Of a DNA stretch of 64,000 nt, positions 45,080-55,778 are shown piece by piece (position 1 is the stretch's first letter; each line of letters begins with the position of its first letter). Origin of the DNA: Escherichia coli (GTDB taxonomy: Bacteria > Pseudomonadota > Gammaproteobacteria > Enterobacterales > Enterobacteriaceae); the NCBI RefSeq assembly GCF_044324875.1, contig NZ_CP172185.1, one strand, 5' to 3'. Made by a program: the position numbers and the translations under genes. The notes under the pieces are model-generated. The model saw only the letters and a list, made by a program, of their open reading frames with translations, made no database searches and was not told the DNA's origin.

Positions 45080-46020
45080 GCGTGGGCTCCTTCATGACGA
45101 CGAATGCGCGGGTCCAGCGCGGCGTTGAGCAAATCAACAATCAAATTACAGACCACAAAAACCACCACCATCATCAGCGTAAAGCACTGGATCACCGGAT
45201 AGTCACGGTTAAAAATCGCCGACACCGCATAGCGCCCGACGCCCGGCCAGGCAAAGATGTTTTCGATAATCATCGTCCCGCCAATCAGTTCGCCAATGTG
45301 CATCCCCACGGCGGTGATCATCGGCAGCGAGGCATTGCGCAGAATATGACGACGTTCGGTCTGTTTGTCATTCAGGCCGCGTAGCCGCGCCCAGGTCACG
45401 TGACGCTGACCGGCGACGTCCAGCATGCTGGCGCGCAGTAGCCGTGCATTAATCGCCAGCGACATAAAGGCAATGGAAACCGCAGGCAAAATGATGTGCT
45501 GCCAGCCGCCGTAGCCCATCGCGGGTAGCCATTGCAGATATACCGAAAACGCCATCACCAGCAAAAACGCCAGCCAGAAGTTGGGCATCGACACGCCGAG
45601 AAACGCGATGAAACGTACGGCGAAATCCGGCAGACGATCGCGATGGCGCGCCGCCCAGATACCGAGCGGTACGGAAGTGAGCAGAATTAATACCAGCGCG
45701 GCACCTGCAAGTTCCAGCGTGGCGGGCAGGAAGTTCAGCATATCGTCCAGCACCGGGCGTTGGCTGGCGAATGAGATACCAAAGTCAAGATGCAGCGCCT
45801 TCCACAACCAGGTGCCGTACTGGACATACAGCGGCTGATCCAGCCCCAGCATGGTGCGTGTAGAGGCCAGCATCTCCGGCGTCGGCGGCAGGTTAGACAG
45901 ACGCAGATAATCGAGCGCCGGGTCGCCGGTGCCGAGGCGCAGCATCAGAAAAATGATCACCGAGGCGGCGAGCACCATCGGGATCAGCAGCAGAAAGCGG
46001 CGTAATACGTAACGCAACAT
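45076..46020 (-). CDS. nikB: NikB, nickel ABC transporter permease (314 aa)
   Basis: ORF track 314 aa, [24 protein letters not shown]... Confidence 0.92.
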
Positions 46021-47594
46021 TAAGGTTTCACCGGTTTAATCTGTTCGAACGGAATTTCGGTGGCGATCGGCGCGTAGGGGATGTTACCCAGCTCCGGTTT
46101 TGATACCACCATCATTGAGATGTAACTGATAGGCAGATAAACCGCCTCGTCATGCAGACGGGTCAGAATGTCGCGATACAGCGCCTGACGTTGCGTTTCG
46201 TCATGGGTCGCCAGCACTTCGCCGATCTCTTTATCAATTAGCGGCTTGTCGGCTAATCCTTGCTGTGCCTGGAAATCAGCGTGCGACGGTACGCGCATTG
46301 AACTCAGGAAGGCGTGTGGATCGTATGGCGCGCCCCAGGTGCGGTGGAAAATCATGCCAAAACGACCGTCGCGCTGACGAGCATAGATACTGCTCTCTTC
46401 TTCGCCAATCAGCGAGACATCTGCGCCAATCTGGCGCATATCAGCCTGAATGATTTCCGCCATCGATTTGCTTAACGCATCGGTGCCGATGAACGACAGT
46501 TCAATGCGCAGCGGCTGACCATTTTTCTCGCGGATGTCTTTGCCCGCAGGCAACGTCCAACCGGCTTTTTCCAGCAACGCTTTCGCTTTCTGCGGATCGT
46601 ACTGGCGCGGTTTCAGGCCGAGGTTGGCATAGGGCACAGAAGGAGCAAACAGGGTGTCTGCGACCTGCTGGGTGCCATACAACGCGTTATCAATCAGCGA
46701 TTTTTTGTTTACCGCGTAATTGAGTGCTTCACGTACGGCCAGCTCGTTGGTGGGGGCTTTGGCAGTATTGAGCGCCAGCATCACGGTTTCGATCGGCTGT
46801 GACAGTTGGGTATGGTAAGCCGGGTTCTGGCTAAAGCGGGCGAAGGTATCGAGCGGTAATAACCCTTCGTTTCCGTACAGCAGGTCGATATCGCCAGTTT
46901 CAAACGCCACCGCGCGGGTAGTCGGGTCCGGGATGACGTTAAAAGTGATCTTCTTAATCGCCGGCTTCTCGCCCCAGTAGTTTTCGTTACGGACAAAGAC
47001 ATCGTACTGATTCAGTTTCGATTCCTGCAAAACCCACGGCCCGGTGCCAATCGGCGCTTTAATTCCGTTCATGGTTTCATGGTTTTTAAACTGCGAGGGG
47101 GCGATAAAACGGAAAGGGCGTGGCAGGGCCAGTTCTTGCAGGAAAGGATAGTAGGCGCTTTTCAGGGTGATTTGCAGCTCTGTTTTACTGAGTGCTTTGA
47201 CATCAACAATCTGGTTTGCCAGCTCCAGCCAGGCGTGACGTTGACGGTTATCGAGCACTGCGCGGAAGTTTTCTGCCGCCGCCTCTGCATCAAACGGTTC
47301 GCCGTTGGAGAATTTCACGTCATCACGCAGGGTGAAGGTCCAGGTTTTGCCATCTTCCGAATGGGTCCAGCTTTTTGCCAGCCACGGGATCACCGAACCG
47401 TCTGCCTGATATTTCACCAATGGTTCATAAACCATGCTCTGGGCGAACATCTGGTTAGGCGTGTAAAGGTGCGGGTTTAGTGGCCCGACATTCACCGGCC
47501 AGGCGGTGGTGATTTCATCTGGTGCAGCGGCATGGACGATAAAAGACGCACAAGCCAGCAGCGCAAATAGAGTGCGGCGGAGTGTAGAGAACAT
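46020..47594 (-). CDS. nikA: NikA, periplasmic nickel-binding protein (524 aa)
   Basis: ORF track 524 aa with a signal peptide, solute-binding protein family 5. Confidence 0.92.
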
Positions 47595-47631
47595 GGTAAC
47601 CCCAATGGATTAAAATAGATGGCGGAAATAA

Positions 47632-47659
47632 GTATGACGATTTTAAGTATTCGTCATAC
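47632..47659. promoter_or_regulatory. NikR operator upstream of nikA
   Basis: GTATGA-N16-TCATAC (gtatgacgattttaagtattcgtcatac), about 40 bp upstream of the nikA start. Confidence 0.7.
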
Positions 47660-47704
47660 TGATTACCTGTTCTGGATCAATAGATGGGCAGTCGGGTGGG
47701 CGGA

Positions 47705-48292
47705 TCAGTTAACTGAATCGATCCATTGCACACTGTCGGCGGAGAGCGTAAAGGGGGTAGGGGTGCAGATCGCCAGGCTTAAATTTTCTAGCTGACAATG
47801 GCTGACTGACAGTGATGAGTGATAGGTGCTGTCTACGCTGACGATTTGCCAGGCGCTGCCGCCACGCTGTTTAACGATGGCTTCTTTGCGCGTCCAGATG
47901 CGCCAGAACATTTCCAGTTGCTGATCGGGATGCACGGCGTCCATCTCAGCGTGTTCCCCGAGGCTGAACACGGCGTTCGCCAGCCAGCGCCAGTTGGCGC
48001 GCGGGCGAATCACTTCGATATCGCAGCCGACTTCGCCTTCATCGCTCAACAGCAGGGCGATATCGTCACCGCTATGGCTTAAGTTGAACCATAGCGGCGT
48101 TTCCGGCGCGAATGCCGGTTTGCCTTGTTCGCCATAGATGATCTCCGGTAGCGGGGAAAGCGTGTGCGAAAGTAATGCACGCCCCGCCAGCCAGCGTTCG
48201 CGTCGTGGACCTTGCGGTGCTTGATCGCGTAAAGCCGGTGGCAGTGGAGCTGCGCTTAAGGTCGAAACTTTCCCCAGAACTATCCGATACAT
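47705..48292 (-). CDS. acpT: AcpT, 4'-phosphopantetheinyl transferase (195 aa)
   Basis: ORF track 47705..48412. Start at the ATG at 48292 (MYRIVLGKVSTLSAAPLPPAL...), overlapping the apeR stop region. Confidence 0.88.
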   Translation of the reverse strand: MYRIVLGKVSTLSAAPLPPALRDQAPQGPRRERWLAGRALLSHTLSPLPEIIYGEQGKPAFAPETPLWFNLSHSGDDIALLLSDEGEVGCDIEVIRPRANWRWLANAVFSLGEHAEMDAVHPDQQLEMFWRIWTRKEAIVKQRGGSAWQIVSVDSTYHSSLSVSHCQLENLSLAICTPTPFTLSADSVQWIDSVN

Positions 48293-48293
48293 A

Positions 48294-49523
48294 TCAGGGC
48301 CAACGTTTAATGATGATGGATGTATTAATGCCGCCAAAGGCAAAGTTGTTACTCTGCAAAAACTCACAATCAACCTTGCGGGCTTCATGCATGATGTAAT
48401 CCAGCGCGCCACAGTTCGGGTCTGGTTTATTCAGGTTTAGCGTAGGCGCAAACCAACCTTCGCGCATCATTTGCAGACTCATCCAGGCTTCGAGCGCGCC
48501 ACAGGCACCAAGCGTATGACCAAAATAACTTTTCAGCGAGGAGAGCGGCACATTATCACCGTAAATGGTTGCTGTCGCCAGACTTTCTGCCATATCACCA
48601 CGATCGGTCGCCGTACCATGCGCCGAAATATAGCCGATATCACTTGCACTTAACCCGGCGATTTTTAACGATTTTTCCATACAATATTGCATGGTCTCAC
48701 GCTGAGGCTGGGTAATATGTGCCGCGTCGCAGTTAGTCGCAAAGCCGACGATTTCACCGTAAATGGTCGCGCCGCGCGCTTTGGCGTGCTCCAGTTCTTC
48801 AAGAATCAGCGTACCTGCGCCTTCACCAATCACCAGCCCGTCGCGGTTTTCATCGAACGGTGAAGGTGTGGTTTTCGGCGCATCATTGTGCTGGCTGGTG
48901 GCGAAAAGTGTATCAAATACCGCTGCTTCTGAAGGGCATAACTCTTCGGCACCACCAGCAACCATCACCGTTTGATAACCGTGGCGAATGGCTTCCCACG
49001 CATAACCGATCGCCTGGCTGCCGGAGGTACAGGCGCTGGAGGTCGGGATCACCCGCCCGCGCAGGCCGAAAAACAGACCGGTATTAACGGCGGTGGTGTG
49101 CGGCATCATCTGTACATAGGTGGTGCCGGTGATGTTATTGGTGTGCTTTTCCGTCAGCATGGTGGCAAATTCGCTCACCGGACCGGTACTGCCGGTCGAT
49201 GAACCGTACGCAATGCCCGTTTCGCCGCTGGTTAATATCGGATCGCCAATCAATCCTGCCTGCTCTAACGCCAGCTCGCTGGCACGGGTCGACATTTGCG
49301 ACACGCGGCCCATCGCACGGATACGCTTGCGGGTGTAGTGCTCCGGTAGCGTGAAATCATCAACAGGCGCGCCAAGCAGGGTGTGCAGACCATCGTAGAC
49401 CTGCCACTCCGGCATTTTGCGCACTGCATTCTCATACGCCAGCAGACGCGCGGAAACGTCCTGCCAGTTTTCACCAAAGGCAGTCACGCCGCCCATTCCT
49501 GTAATCACTACGCGACGTGTCAT
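48294..49523 (-). CDS. apeR: APE cluster beta-ketoacyl-ACP synthase, FabB/FabF-like (409 aa)
   Basis: Active-site Cys (TSSACTSG) and His/His (HGTAT, GHTLGA) motifs. Last gene of the APE-type cluster; the letter symbol is assigned by positional analogy. Confidence 0.8.
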   Translation of the reverse strand: MTRRVVITGMGGVTAFGENWQDVSARLLAYENAVRKMPEWQVYDGLHTLLGAPVDDFTLPEHYTRKRIRAMGRVSQMSTRASELALEQAGLIGDPILTSGETGIAYGSSTGSTGPVSEFATMLTEKHTNNITGTTYVQMMPHTTAVNTGLFFGLRGRVIPTSSACTSGSQAIGYAWEAIRHGYQTVMVAGGAEELCPSEAAVFDTLFATSQHNDAPKTTPSPFDENRDGLVIGEGAGTLILEELEHAKARGATIYGEIVGFATNCDAAHITQPQRETMQYCMEKSLKIAGLSASDIGYISAHGTATDRGDMAESLATATIYGDNVPLSSLKSYFGHTLGACGALEAWMSLQMMREGWFAPTLNLNKPDPNCGALDYIMHEARKVDCEFLQSNNFAFGGINTSIIIKRWP

Positions 49524-50251
49524 AACATCCCTCCGTTGATGGAAATAACCTGGCGGGTGACGTAACCCGCAATATCAGACATTAAATAGCTGGCAAGCCC
49601 GGCAACTTCTTCCGCCTGGCCCATGCGTTTCATGGGGATCATCGACATTGCCTCTTTCAGGGCGCTCTCTTCCATTTCGATCATCCCGGTATCAATAAGC
49701 CCCGGCGCGATGCAGTTGACGGTGATTTTGCGCTTCGCGAGTTCGATAGCCAGTGCTTTTGTTGCGCCGATAATTCCGGCTTTGGCAGCGCTGTAGTTCA
49801 CCTGTCCGCGATTGCCCATCACGCCGGAAACCGAGGACAGCGTGATGATGCGTCCACCCTGGCGTGTGCCGATCATCGGCATAATGCACGGCTGAATAAC
49901 GTTGTAGAAACTGTCGAGATTGGTGTGGATCACCGCATCCCAGTCGTCATCGCTTAAAGCCGGAAAAGCGGCATCGCGGGCGATCCCGGCGTTACTAACC
50001 ACGCCGTACCAGGCACCGTTTTGCGCGATTTCGTGCTCCAGCACTTCCCGACACTGTTCGCGGTTTGCGACGTCGAAACTGAGCAAACGCCCGTTACCCC
50101 CGTTGGCGACAATGGCATTTAGCGTTTCCTGAGCGCCTGTGGCGTCACGGTGATAGTGAACGCCAATATTAAAGCCGTCTGCCGCCAGTTGGCAGGCGAT
50201 GGCGCGACCAATGCCTTTGCTGGCACCAGTAACCAGAACTGAACGACTCAT
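49520..50251 (-). CDS. apeQ: APE cluster 3-oxoacyl-ACP reductase, SDR/FabG-like (243 aa)
   Basis: N-terminal TGASKGIGRAIA Rossmann motif, SDR family. 4-nt overlap with the upstream gene. Confidence 0.8.
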   Translation of the reverse strand: MSRSVLVTGASKGIGRAIACQLAADGFNIGVHYHRDATGAQETLNAIVANGGNGRLLSFDVANREQCREVLEHEIAQNGAWYGVVSNAGIARDAAFPALSDDDWDAVIHTNLDSFYNVIQPCIMPMIGTRQGGRIITLSSVSGVMGNRGQVNYSAAKAGIIGATKALAIELAKRKITVNCIAPGLIDTGMIEMEESALKEAMSMIPMKRMGQAEEVAGLASYLMSDIAGYVTRQVISINGGML

Positions 50252-50715
50252 CAGGACGCTCCTTGTTGAAACAGGGTGGTAAGTTCTTCCGCGGTCGGCT
50301 GGAAGGTGTTAATGCGGCCCGTTGCCGTGCCGTTGTTGATGCTGCACTCAAAACTGCCGAAGCGATCGTCTTGCATCAGGAGTTTGACGGTAATGGTCAG
50401 CGTCTGGCCTGCGGGCAGAATGCCAGCGGCGCAAAGCAATTCACGTGCGCCCAGTACCATCCCTAACTCAATACTGTTTTTGCCCTGCTGGTGGCGATGC
50501 CAGCCAGACCAGACGCCGACGGTTTGCGCCATCAATTCAAGGGCAAACCAGCCAGGGAGATTGCCGTCCGGGTCGAGAAACGGTGCCAGTACGCCACTGG
50601 GCGAGACCGTTACACGGCACACCGCGCTGTCATCGCTGACGCTCACCACTTCTTCCAGCAGTAACATGGGCGCGTCGTGGGGCAGATAAGCGCCGGGGGA
50701 TAAATAGTGGCTCAC
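50251..50715 (-). CDS. apeP: APE cluster hot-dog fold 3-hydroxyacyl-ACP dehydratase-like protein (154 aa)
   Basis: ORF track 154 aa, FabA/FabZ-like length and composition; sits between the KR and KS genes. Confidence 0.65.
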   Translation of the reverse strand: MSHYLSPGAYLPHDAPMLLLEEVVSVSDDSAVCRVTVSPSGVLAPFLDPDGNLPGWFALELMAQTVGVWSGWHRHQQGKNSIELGMVLGARELLCAAGILPAGQTLTITVKLLMQDDRFGSFECSINNGTATGRINTFQPTAEELTTLFQQGAS

Positions 50716-51890
50716 GAAACCCTCCCGAGCAGAATGCTGGCGTTATTGCCGCCAAAGGCGAAGGAATTGGACAGGATCACCGGACGTGCCAGCGGCTGTG
50801 GTTGTTCGATAATGCCGCACGGTGGCAGCGTGGGATCGCGCGGCGACAGGCTGAAGTCCTGAGCGGGCAGCGGTAAATCACGCTCTAAGATCAACATACT
50901 GATTGCCGCTTCGGTAATGCCCGCTGCGCCCAGCGTGTGTCCGGTCAAATGTTTGGTGGAGCTGCACGGTACGCGTTCGCCAAACAGGGCGTTTACCAGC
51001 ATCGATTCAATCTGGTCGTTGAGTTGTGTGGCGGTGCCGTGCAGGTTGATATAGCCCACCTCATCCGGCGTAAGCTGCGCATCAGCCAGCGCCTGGTTAA
51101 TGGCGCGAATTGCGCCTTCGCCCTGTGGATGCGGGGCCGAAATATGATAAGCGTCGCTCGATTCACCGACGCCCAGCAAGGCGATGGGCTGCGGTTCGCG
51201 GGTCAACAGCATCAGCCCCGCACCTTCGCCAATGGTGATGCCCGCGCGGTCACGACCAAACGGCTGACATAAGGTTGGCGAGAGCGATTCGAGGCTGTGA
51301 AAACCGTTAATCGGCATTCGGCTCAGGGTGTCTGCACCACCCACAATGGCGGCATCGACCAGCCCCGCCTCGATAAGCCTGCGCCCGCTGATCATCGCTC
51401 TGGCACTGGAGGAGCAGGCGGTTGAAAGGGTATAAGCTGGGCCGTCGAGCGCCAGCCAGTGGCTGAGAAAACGCGACGGATCGCCGAGCTCTTGTTGTGC
51501 ATAGTGCCACGTGGTGCTCGGCTGCCCGTGGGTGCGCAGGTTAACGTGCGTGTCGCCTTCATGCAGGCCGGAGGTGCTGGTGCCAAGCACAATCGCGATG
51601 CGCTCGCGGCCATATTTCGCAATAGCGTCATCAACCTGCGGCTGGATCTGCGCCAGCGCCGCCAGCAGGATCTGATTGTTGCGCGAGCGGTGCGCAGCGA
51701 ATTTTTCCGGGATAACCGGAAGCTCGCCATCCACGCCAGCCAGGACCGCCTGCGGATGCCCCTGCAACCAGCCTGCGCGCGGGCGCATGCCGGGAGCGAC
51801 ACCGCGAGTCAGGTTGGCTGCGATATCGTCAAGGTTATTTCCCAGGGCGTTGATCATGCCGACGGCGGAAATGTAAATCATATCAGTCAC
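50712..51890 (-). CDS. apeO: APE cluster beta-ketoacyl synthase (392 aa)
   Basis: Active-site Cys (TACSSS) and HGTAT / GHTLGAAG motifs. Confidence 0.8.
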   Translation of the reverse strand: MTDMIYISAVGMINALGNNLDDIAANLTRGVAPGMRPRAGWLQGHPQAVLAGVDGELPVIPEKFAAHRSRNNQILLAALAQIQPQVDDAIAKYGRERIAIVLGTSTSGLHEGDTHVNLRTHGQPSTTWHYAQQELGDPSRFLSHWLALDGPAYTLSTACSSSARAMISGRRLIEAGLVDAAIVGGADTLSRMPINGFHSLESLSPTLCQPFGRDRAGITIGEGAGLMLLTREPQPIALLGVGESSDAYHISAPHPQGEGAIRAINQALADAQLTPDEVGYINLHGTATQLNDQIESMLVNALFGERVPCSSTKHLTGHTLGAAGITEAAISMLILERDLPLPAQDFSLSPRDPTLPPCGIIEQPQPLARPVILSNSFAFGGNNASILLGRVS

Positions 51891-52467
51891 CTAAATATTG
51901 AATGGTGATGTGGTATTTAAAGACATGCTGTTCAATGCTGATTGGCACGCGTTTTCCCTGGCGATTCAGATAGGTGATTTCCGTGACCAGTTTGCCGCTG
52001 GCGTTACGCAGTTCGCGTTTGTCACCGTTGTCGCGAAGCGTCCATCCAGCGGGGAGTTGCGGTTGCCAGGCGCTAATCGGCCAGTGGCTAAGCATCACGT
52101 CAGCCAGCACCTGACTTGCGGGCGGCAACTGTGGGACGACGATGGATTGCTCGGCGCGTAGCCCTTGCGCATCGTAGGTCACCAGAAACAGACGAATGCC
52201 GACCGACGACAGCCCGGCAAGGGTGATTTTCTGGTCGTCGGCGTTAAGCATCACTAGCAGAGACTGGGTTTTGCCGTTGAAGCTGCCGCTCAATAGTTGC
52301 TGGGAATTAACGGCGGGCGAAATCCCTGGTGCCGGCAGCGTGATGCGCGTGCCAGGTTGCAGCCACGCCTGTGGGCGACCTTCCTGTTCCGGTTGCGAGT
52401 GGCTACAGCCGGTGAGGATAAGCGTAGCGGTCAGGGCGAACGCTCGCCAGAATGTGGGTTTGATCAT
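51883..52467 (-). CDS. apeN: APE cluster lipoprotein (194 aa)
   Basis: Signal peptide with lipobox LTGC (MIKPTFWRAFALTATLILTGCSHS). Confidence 0.65.
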   Translation of the reverse strand: MIKPTFWRAFALTATLILTGCSHSQPEQEGRPQAWLQPGTRITLPAPGISPAVNSQQLLSGSFNGKTQSLLVMLNADDQKITLAGLSSVGIRLFLVTYDAQGLRAEQSIVVPQLPPASQVLADVMLSHWPISAWQPQLPAGWTLRDNGDKRELRNASGKLVTEITYLNRQGKRVPISIEQHVFKYHITIQYLGD

Positions 52468-54782
52468 TTTTTTGTTCTCTTTTTATCGGGCATAGCCAGC
52501 GGCGAAAGCAGGAAGGCGGTGAAAATACCGCTCACCAACACAATGCCAAAACTGCTGATGGCCTGGGTGGCGCTGAATACCAGCATTCCCAGCGCCAGCA
52601 AGGTGGTGAGCATTGCCAGCGTGATCGCCAGTAGGGAAGTTAACGGTGTACCGCGCGGATTACTGAAAAACAGCGTGTAATTGATGCCGATGCCAAGCAC
52701 CAGCACCAGCGCCAGTAGCGAAAAGAGATTCACCGCCTGCCCGCTCATCGCCAGCACTGCCAGACCGCAGCCCAGCGAAAGTACCGAAGGCACCAGGCTG
52801 ATAAGCCCTTTGCGCCAGCCGAGGCGGGCCACTGCGCCGCAGGCAATCACCGCCAGCGCCACCAGCAACAAACCGGTTAAGACGTAGCGGTAAAGTGCGA
52901 ACAACTCATCAAAGGTGCTTTTGCGATCAACCCAGGCAATGCCGCCAGGGTAATCGCTGGCGATTTCCTGCAACAACGCGCTACTTTTAACCCCTTCAAC
53001 CGGCACCAGTACGCCGCTTTCGCCGTTTTTCAGCGTCAGCCACAGCAGACGCCAGCCTTCACTGGCGGGGCTTGCCAGCCATTCATCGACCTTCACTGGC
53101 ATGGCGTTGAGATCCGGATTCACTGCCGCCAGCCCGGCATTTTGCAGTGCTTTTGTTACTGTCGGGGCAGCCGTTTTCAGCAGATGTAAATCTTCCTCCT
53201 GCCGCGCCAGGGAGTTCAGCGGAATGGTGCGGTAGTTGCTGATAAGCCCCTCTTTTTTCGCATTCTCCAGCGAGGCGGTAAATTTCTCCAGCCGCCGCAA
53301 TGTTTGCTGTGGAGAGTCGCCGTAAACTACAAACCATTTTTGATCGACGCTTTGTCCGGTCAGGGCGGTAATGGCTTTCTCTTGGGCCAGAATATGCTGC
53401 GGTAGCGCCTGTAACTGCGAGATATCGTCGTCGACGCGCAGCATTGACATCCCCGCCAGCGAAAACAGCGCCAGCGCGACGGGCAGACCCAGCGACAGTT
53501 TTTTATTACGCCGCCACGCAGCCAGCCAGCGCAGCATCAGCGCCATCGCCGGAACCGGACGCACCGGCAGGCCACGGCACAGCCACGGATGCCAGAACAG
53601 GACGGTCAGACAGGAGGCGCTCAACCCGACGGCGGCAAAAATCGCCATCTGGCGAATGCCGGGGAAGGGGGCGAGCATCATAATCAGATACGCCGCCACG
53701 GTGGTGAGCAGCGCCAGCAGCAGGGCATTGCGCACTTTCGCCAGGCTTTGCCACGGCGAAACGTCATTGCCGTGCACCATCCGCTCGGTGAGGTAATAGA
53801 GCGTGTAGTCAGCGGAAATGCCGATAACGCTCATGCTCATCACCAGCGTCATCAGGTGTAATTCGCCGAAAATCAACAAGGTGGCGACCGTTCCCGCCAG
53901 CGCGCCGATGCCGATGGAAATCACGCAAAGCAGCAATGGGCGTAAAGAGCGGAACACCGCCACAATCAGTAATATCACCCCCAGCAGCGTTGCCACGCCC
54001 AGGTTGGAGATATCCTGCTTCGCCTGTTGGCTGGCGTAATCGCTGTAAAACACCGTGCCGCGCGAGAGCAACTGCGCCTGCGGGTAACGCGTTTTCAGAT
54101 CCTTTTCCAGCGTATTCAGGGTCGTGATGAGCTGGTGGGTTTGCTGCATATCAAACGACGATCCCGCCAGTTCGCCGTGCAGCAGATACCAGTAGTTGCC
54201 CTGGGGATCCTGCGTCACCAGCCAGCCGTCCATCAGCCGCAAACGCTGGCCGTTTTTCGCCATCGCCAGCTGCGAGCCACGCATTAACATCAGCGGATCG
54301 TTTTGCAGCTCCTTACCGCTTACCCCGGAGAACGCAGAATAAAGCTGGGAGAGGATCCACTGCGCCTGCGCTTCGCCGCCGTTTTGCAGGCGCGCGCGGG
54401 TGTCGGGGTCAACCAGGCCGTTGCGGTGCTGCCAGAAAAACGCTCCCCACGCCTGCTGGCTGGCGGCATCCATTGGCCCTTTAACGTCGCCGAGCGCAGC
54501 GGATTTTTGCAGCAGCGTCAGCCACTCCTGAGCCACCCTGGGATTAGCCTCTTTACCGGGGCTGACCAGCCACACCAGTTGGCGGTCCAGACGCTGCATA
54601 AAGCCGTCATTCAGCGCTGGAGGAATATCGCCCATCGCCTGTTTGGGTAACATAGCCAGCACGCTACTGTTCAGTCGTGATTGCGGCAACAGGATCAGCA
54701 ACGCCGCCGCCATGACCAGGCAGACGATCCCCCATAACAGCGCCGGGCGTTTACTGGGCGGCAAAACGTTGGCGTTCGTCAT
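52464..54782 (-). CDS. apeM: APE cluster MMPL/RND-like exporter (772 aa)
   Basis: ORF track 772 aa, large polytopic membrane protein with two TM bundles. Confidence 0.75.
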   Translation of the reverse strand: MTNANVLPPSKRPALLWGIVCLVMAAALLILLPQSRLNSSVLAMLPKQAMGDIPPALNDGFMQRLDRQLVWLVSPGKEANPRVAQEWLTLLQKSAALGDVKGPMDAASQQAWGAFFWQHRNGLVDPDTRARLQNGGEAQAQWILSQLYSAFSGVSGKELQNDPLMLMRGSQLAMAKNGQRLRLMDGWLVTQDPQGNYWYLLHGELAGSSFDMQQTHQLITTLNTLEKDLKTRYPQAQLLSRGTVFYSDYASQQAKQDISNLGVATLLGVILLIVAVFRSLRPLLLCVISIGIGALAGTVATLLIFGELHLMTLVMSMSVIGISADYTLYYLTERMVHGNDVSPWQSLAKVRNALLLALLTTVAAYLIMMLAPFPGIRQMAIFAAVGLSASCLTVLFWHPWLCRGLPVRPVPAMALMLRWLAAWRRNKKLSLGLPVALALFSLAGMSMLRVDDDISQLQALPQHILAQEKAITALTGQSVDQKWFVVYGDSPQQTLRRLEKFTASLENAKKEGLISNYRTIPLNSLARQEEDLHLLKTAAPTVTKALQNAGLAAVNPDLNAMPVKVDEWLASPASEGWRLLWLTLKNGESGVLVPVEGVKSSALLQEIASDYPGGIAWVDRKSTFDELFALYRYVLTGLLLVALAVIACGAVARLGWRKGLISLVPSVLSLGCGLAVLAMSGQAVNLFSLLALVLVLGIGINYTLFFSNPRGTPLTSLLAITLAMLTTLLALGMLVFSATQAISSFGIVLVSGIFTAFLLSPLAMPDKKRTKK

Positions 54783-55356
54783 CGGTCAGTTGCGCTGGCG
54801 TCAGTTGATGTTGGGTAAGAGCGATATCGGTGCGATCGCCCTGTTTATCATTAAGCTGAATGCTCTCCAGATAGGTTTGCCCGGCGAGATCGATGGTGTT
54901 GAAAATTTTATCCAGCGGCGTGGTGGTCGGCGTCAGGCGCAGTGTCCAGCGGCCTTCGCCTTTGTCAGCAAATTCGACGCGGAAATTTTGTTCCAGCACT
55001 TTGCGATCGGCCTGGAACAGCGCGCGCAGCAGGTGGTTAAACTGGAACATCTGCGGGTTATTTTCTGCCGTGATGATTTGCGGCGGCTGACCGTTGATCA
55101 CCTGCACCATGCGTTTATCGTCCAGCAATAGTTGCATGGGAAATGGTGAGGTTTGATCCCACAACAGCCCCTGGTCGCGGGCGATCAACATCTGGCCCTG
55201 AGATCGTAGCGGCTGCGGCAGATCTTTAATCGTCCGGGTTTGATCGAAATGAGCGCGGATCACCGGCTGTTCGGTAAAGCGTTGCTGAAGATCGTCCAGG
55301 TTCAGGGCGCTCACAAACGGGCTAATCAGCAGCGCCAGCAGTGGTAAAAATTTCAT
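54751..55356 (-). CDS. apeL: APE cluster LolA-like outer-membrane lipoprotein carrier-like protein (201 aa)
   Basis: ORF track 201 aa with a signal peptide (MKFLPLLALLISPFVSA), LolA-like size and composition. Confidence 0.6.
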   Translation of the reverse strand: MKFLPLLALLISPFVSALNLDDLQQRFTEQPVIRAHFDQTRTIKDLPQPLRSQGQMLIARDQGLLWDQTSPFPMQLLLDDKRMVQVINGQPPQIITAENNPQMFQFNHLLRALFQADRKVLEQNFRVEFADKGEGRWTLRLTPTTTPLDKIFNTIDLAGQTYLESIQLNDKQGDRTDIALTQHQLTPAQLTDDERQRFAAQ

Positions 55357-55775
55357 GGTTTGACTCCCATGCGTTCAAACAAAATATCGGGGCTGACAAA
55401 GCACAGTTCGCGGCTTTGCTCGTCGACCGCGACCTGAATGGTGTATCCGGTGGTGGCGCGTTTGCCCGTTTCGGCATCGAAAATCTGATAGCCAATCCGC
55501 AGACGGTTTTCGAACTCTTCGATATGTGCACGCACGCGGATGCGTTGCTCAAAGGTGAGGGCGTGGCGATATTTCACCCGCGCATCGACCACTGGCCACA
55601 AATAACCGGACTCTTTCATCTGCCGATAGCCGTAATTGAACTGGTTGAGCAGCGCCTCGCGGGCCACTTCAAAGTAGCGAAAATAGTTACCGTGCCAGGC
55701 CACGCCCATCATATCGACGTCGTGAAAGGGAATGGTCAGCTCGACTTCAGCGGTAAATCGGGGATCGTTAAGCAC
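55353..55775 (-). CDS. apeK: APE cluster thioesterase, hot-dog fold (140 aa)
   Basis: ORF track 140 aa resembling YbgC/4HBT-type thioesterases (…LTIPFHDVDMMGVAWHGNYFRYFEVAREALL…). Confidence 0.7.
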   Translation of the reverse strand: MLNDPRFTAEVELTIPFHDVDMMGVAWHGNYFRYFEVAREALLNQFNYGYRQMKESGYLWPVVDARVKYRHALTFEQRIRVRAHIEEFENRLRIGYQIFDAETGKRATTGYTIQVAVDEQSRELCFVSPDILFERMGVKP

Positions 55776-55778
55776 CCT

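Noticed and set aside
47660..47690. Possible FNR half-site (…ctgttctggatcaa…) upstream of nikA
   Set aside because: Only one half-site (ATCAA) matches well and the other is poor, so the sequence alone does not support a call. nik is known to be FNR-dependent, so the site may still be real.
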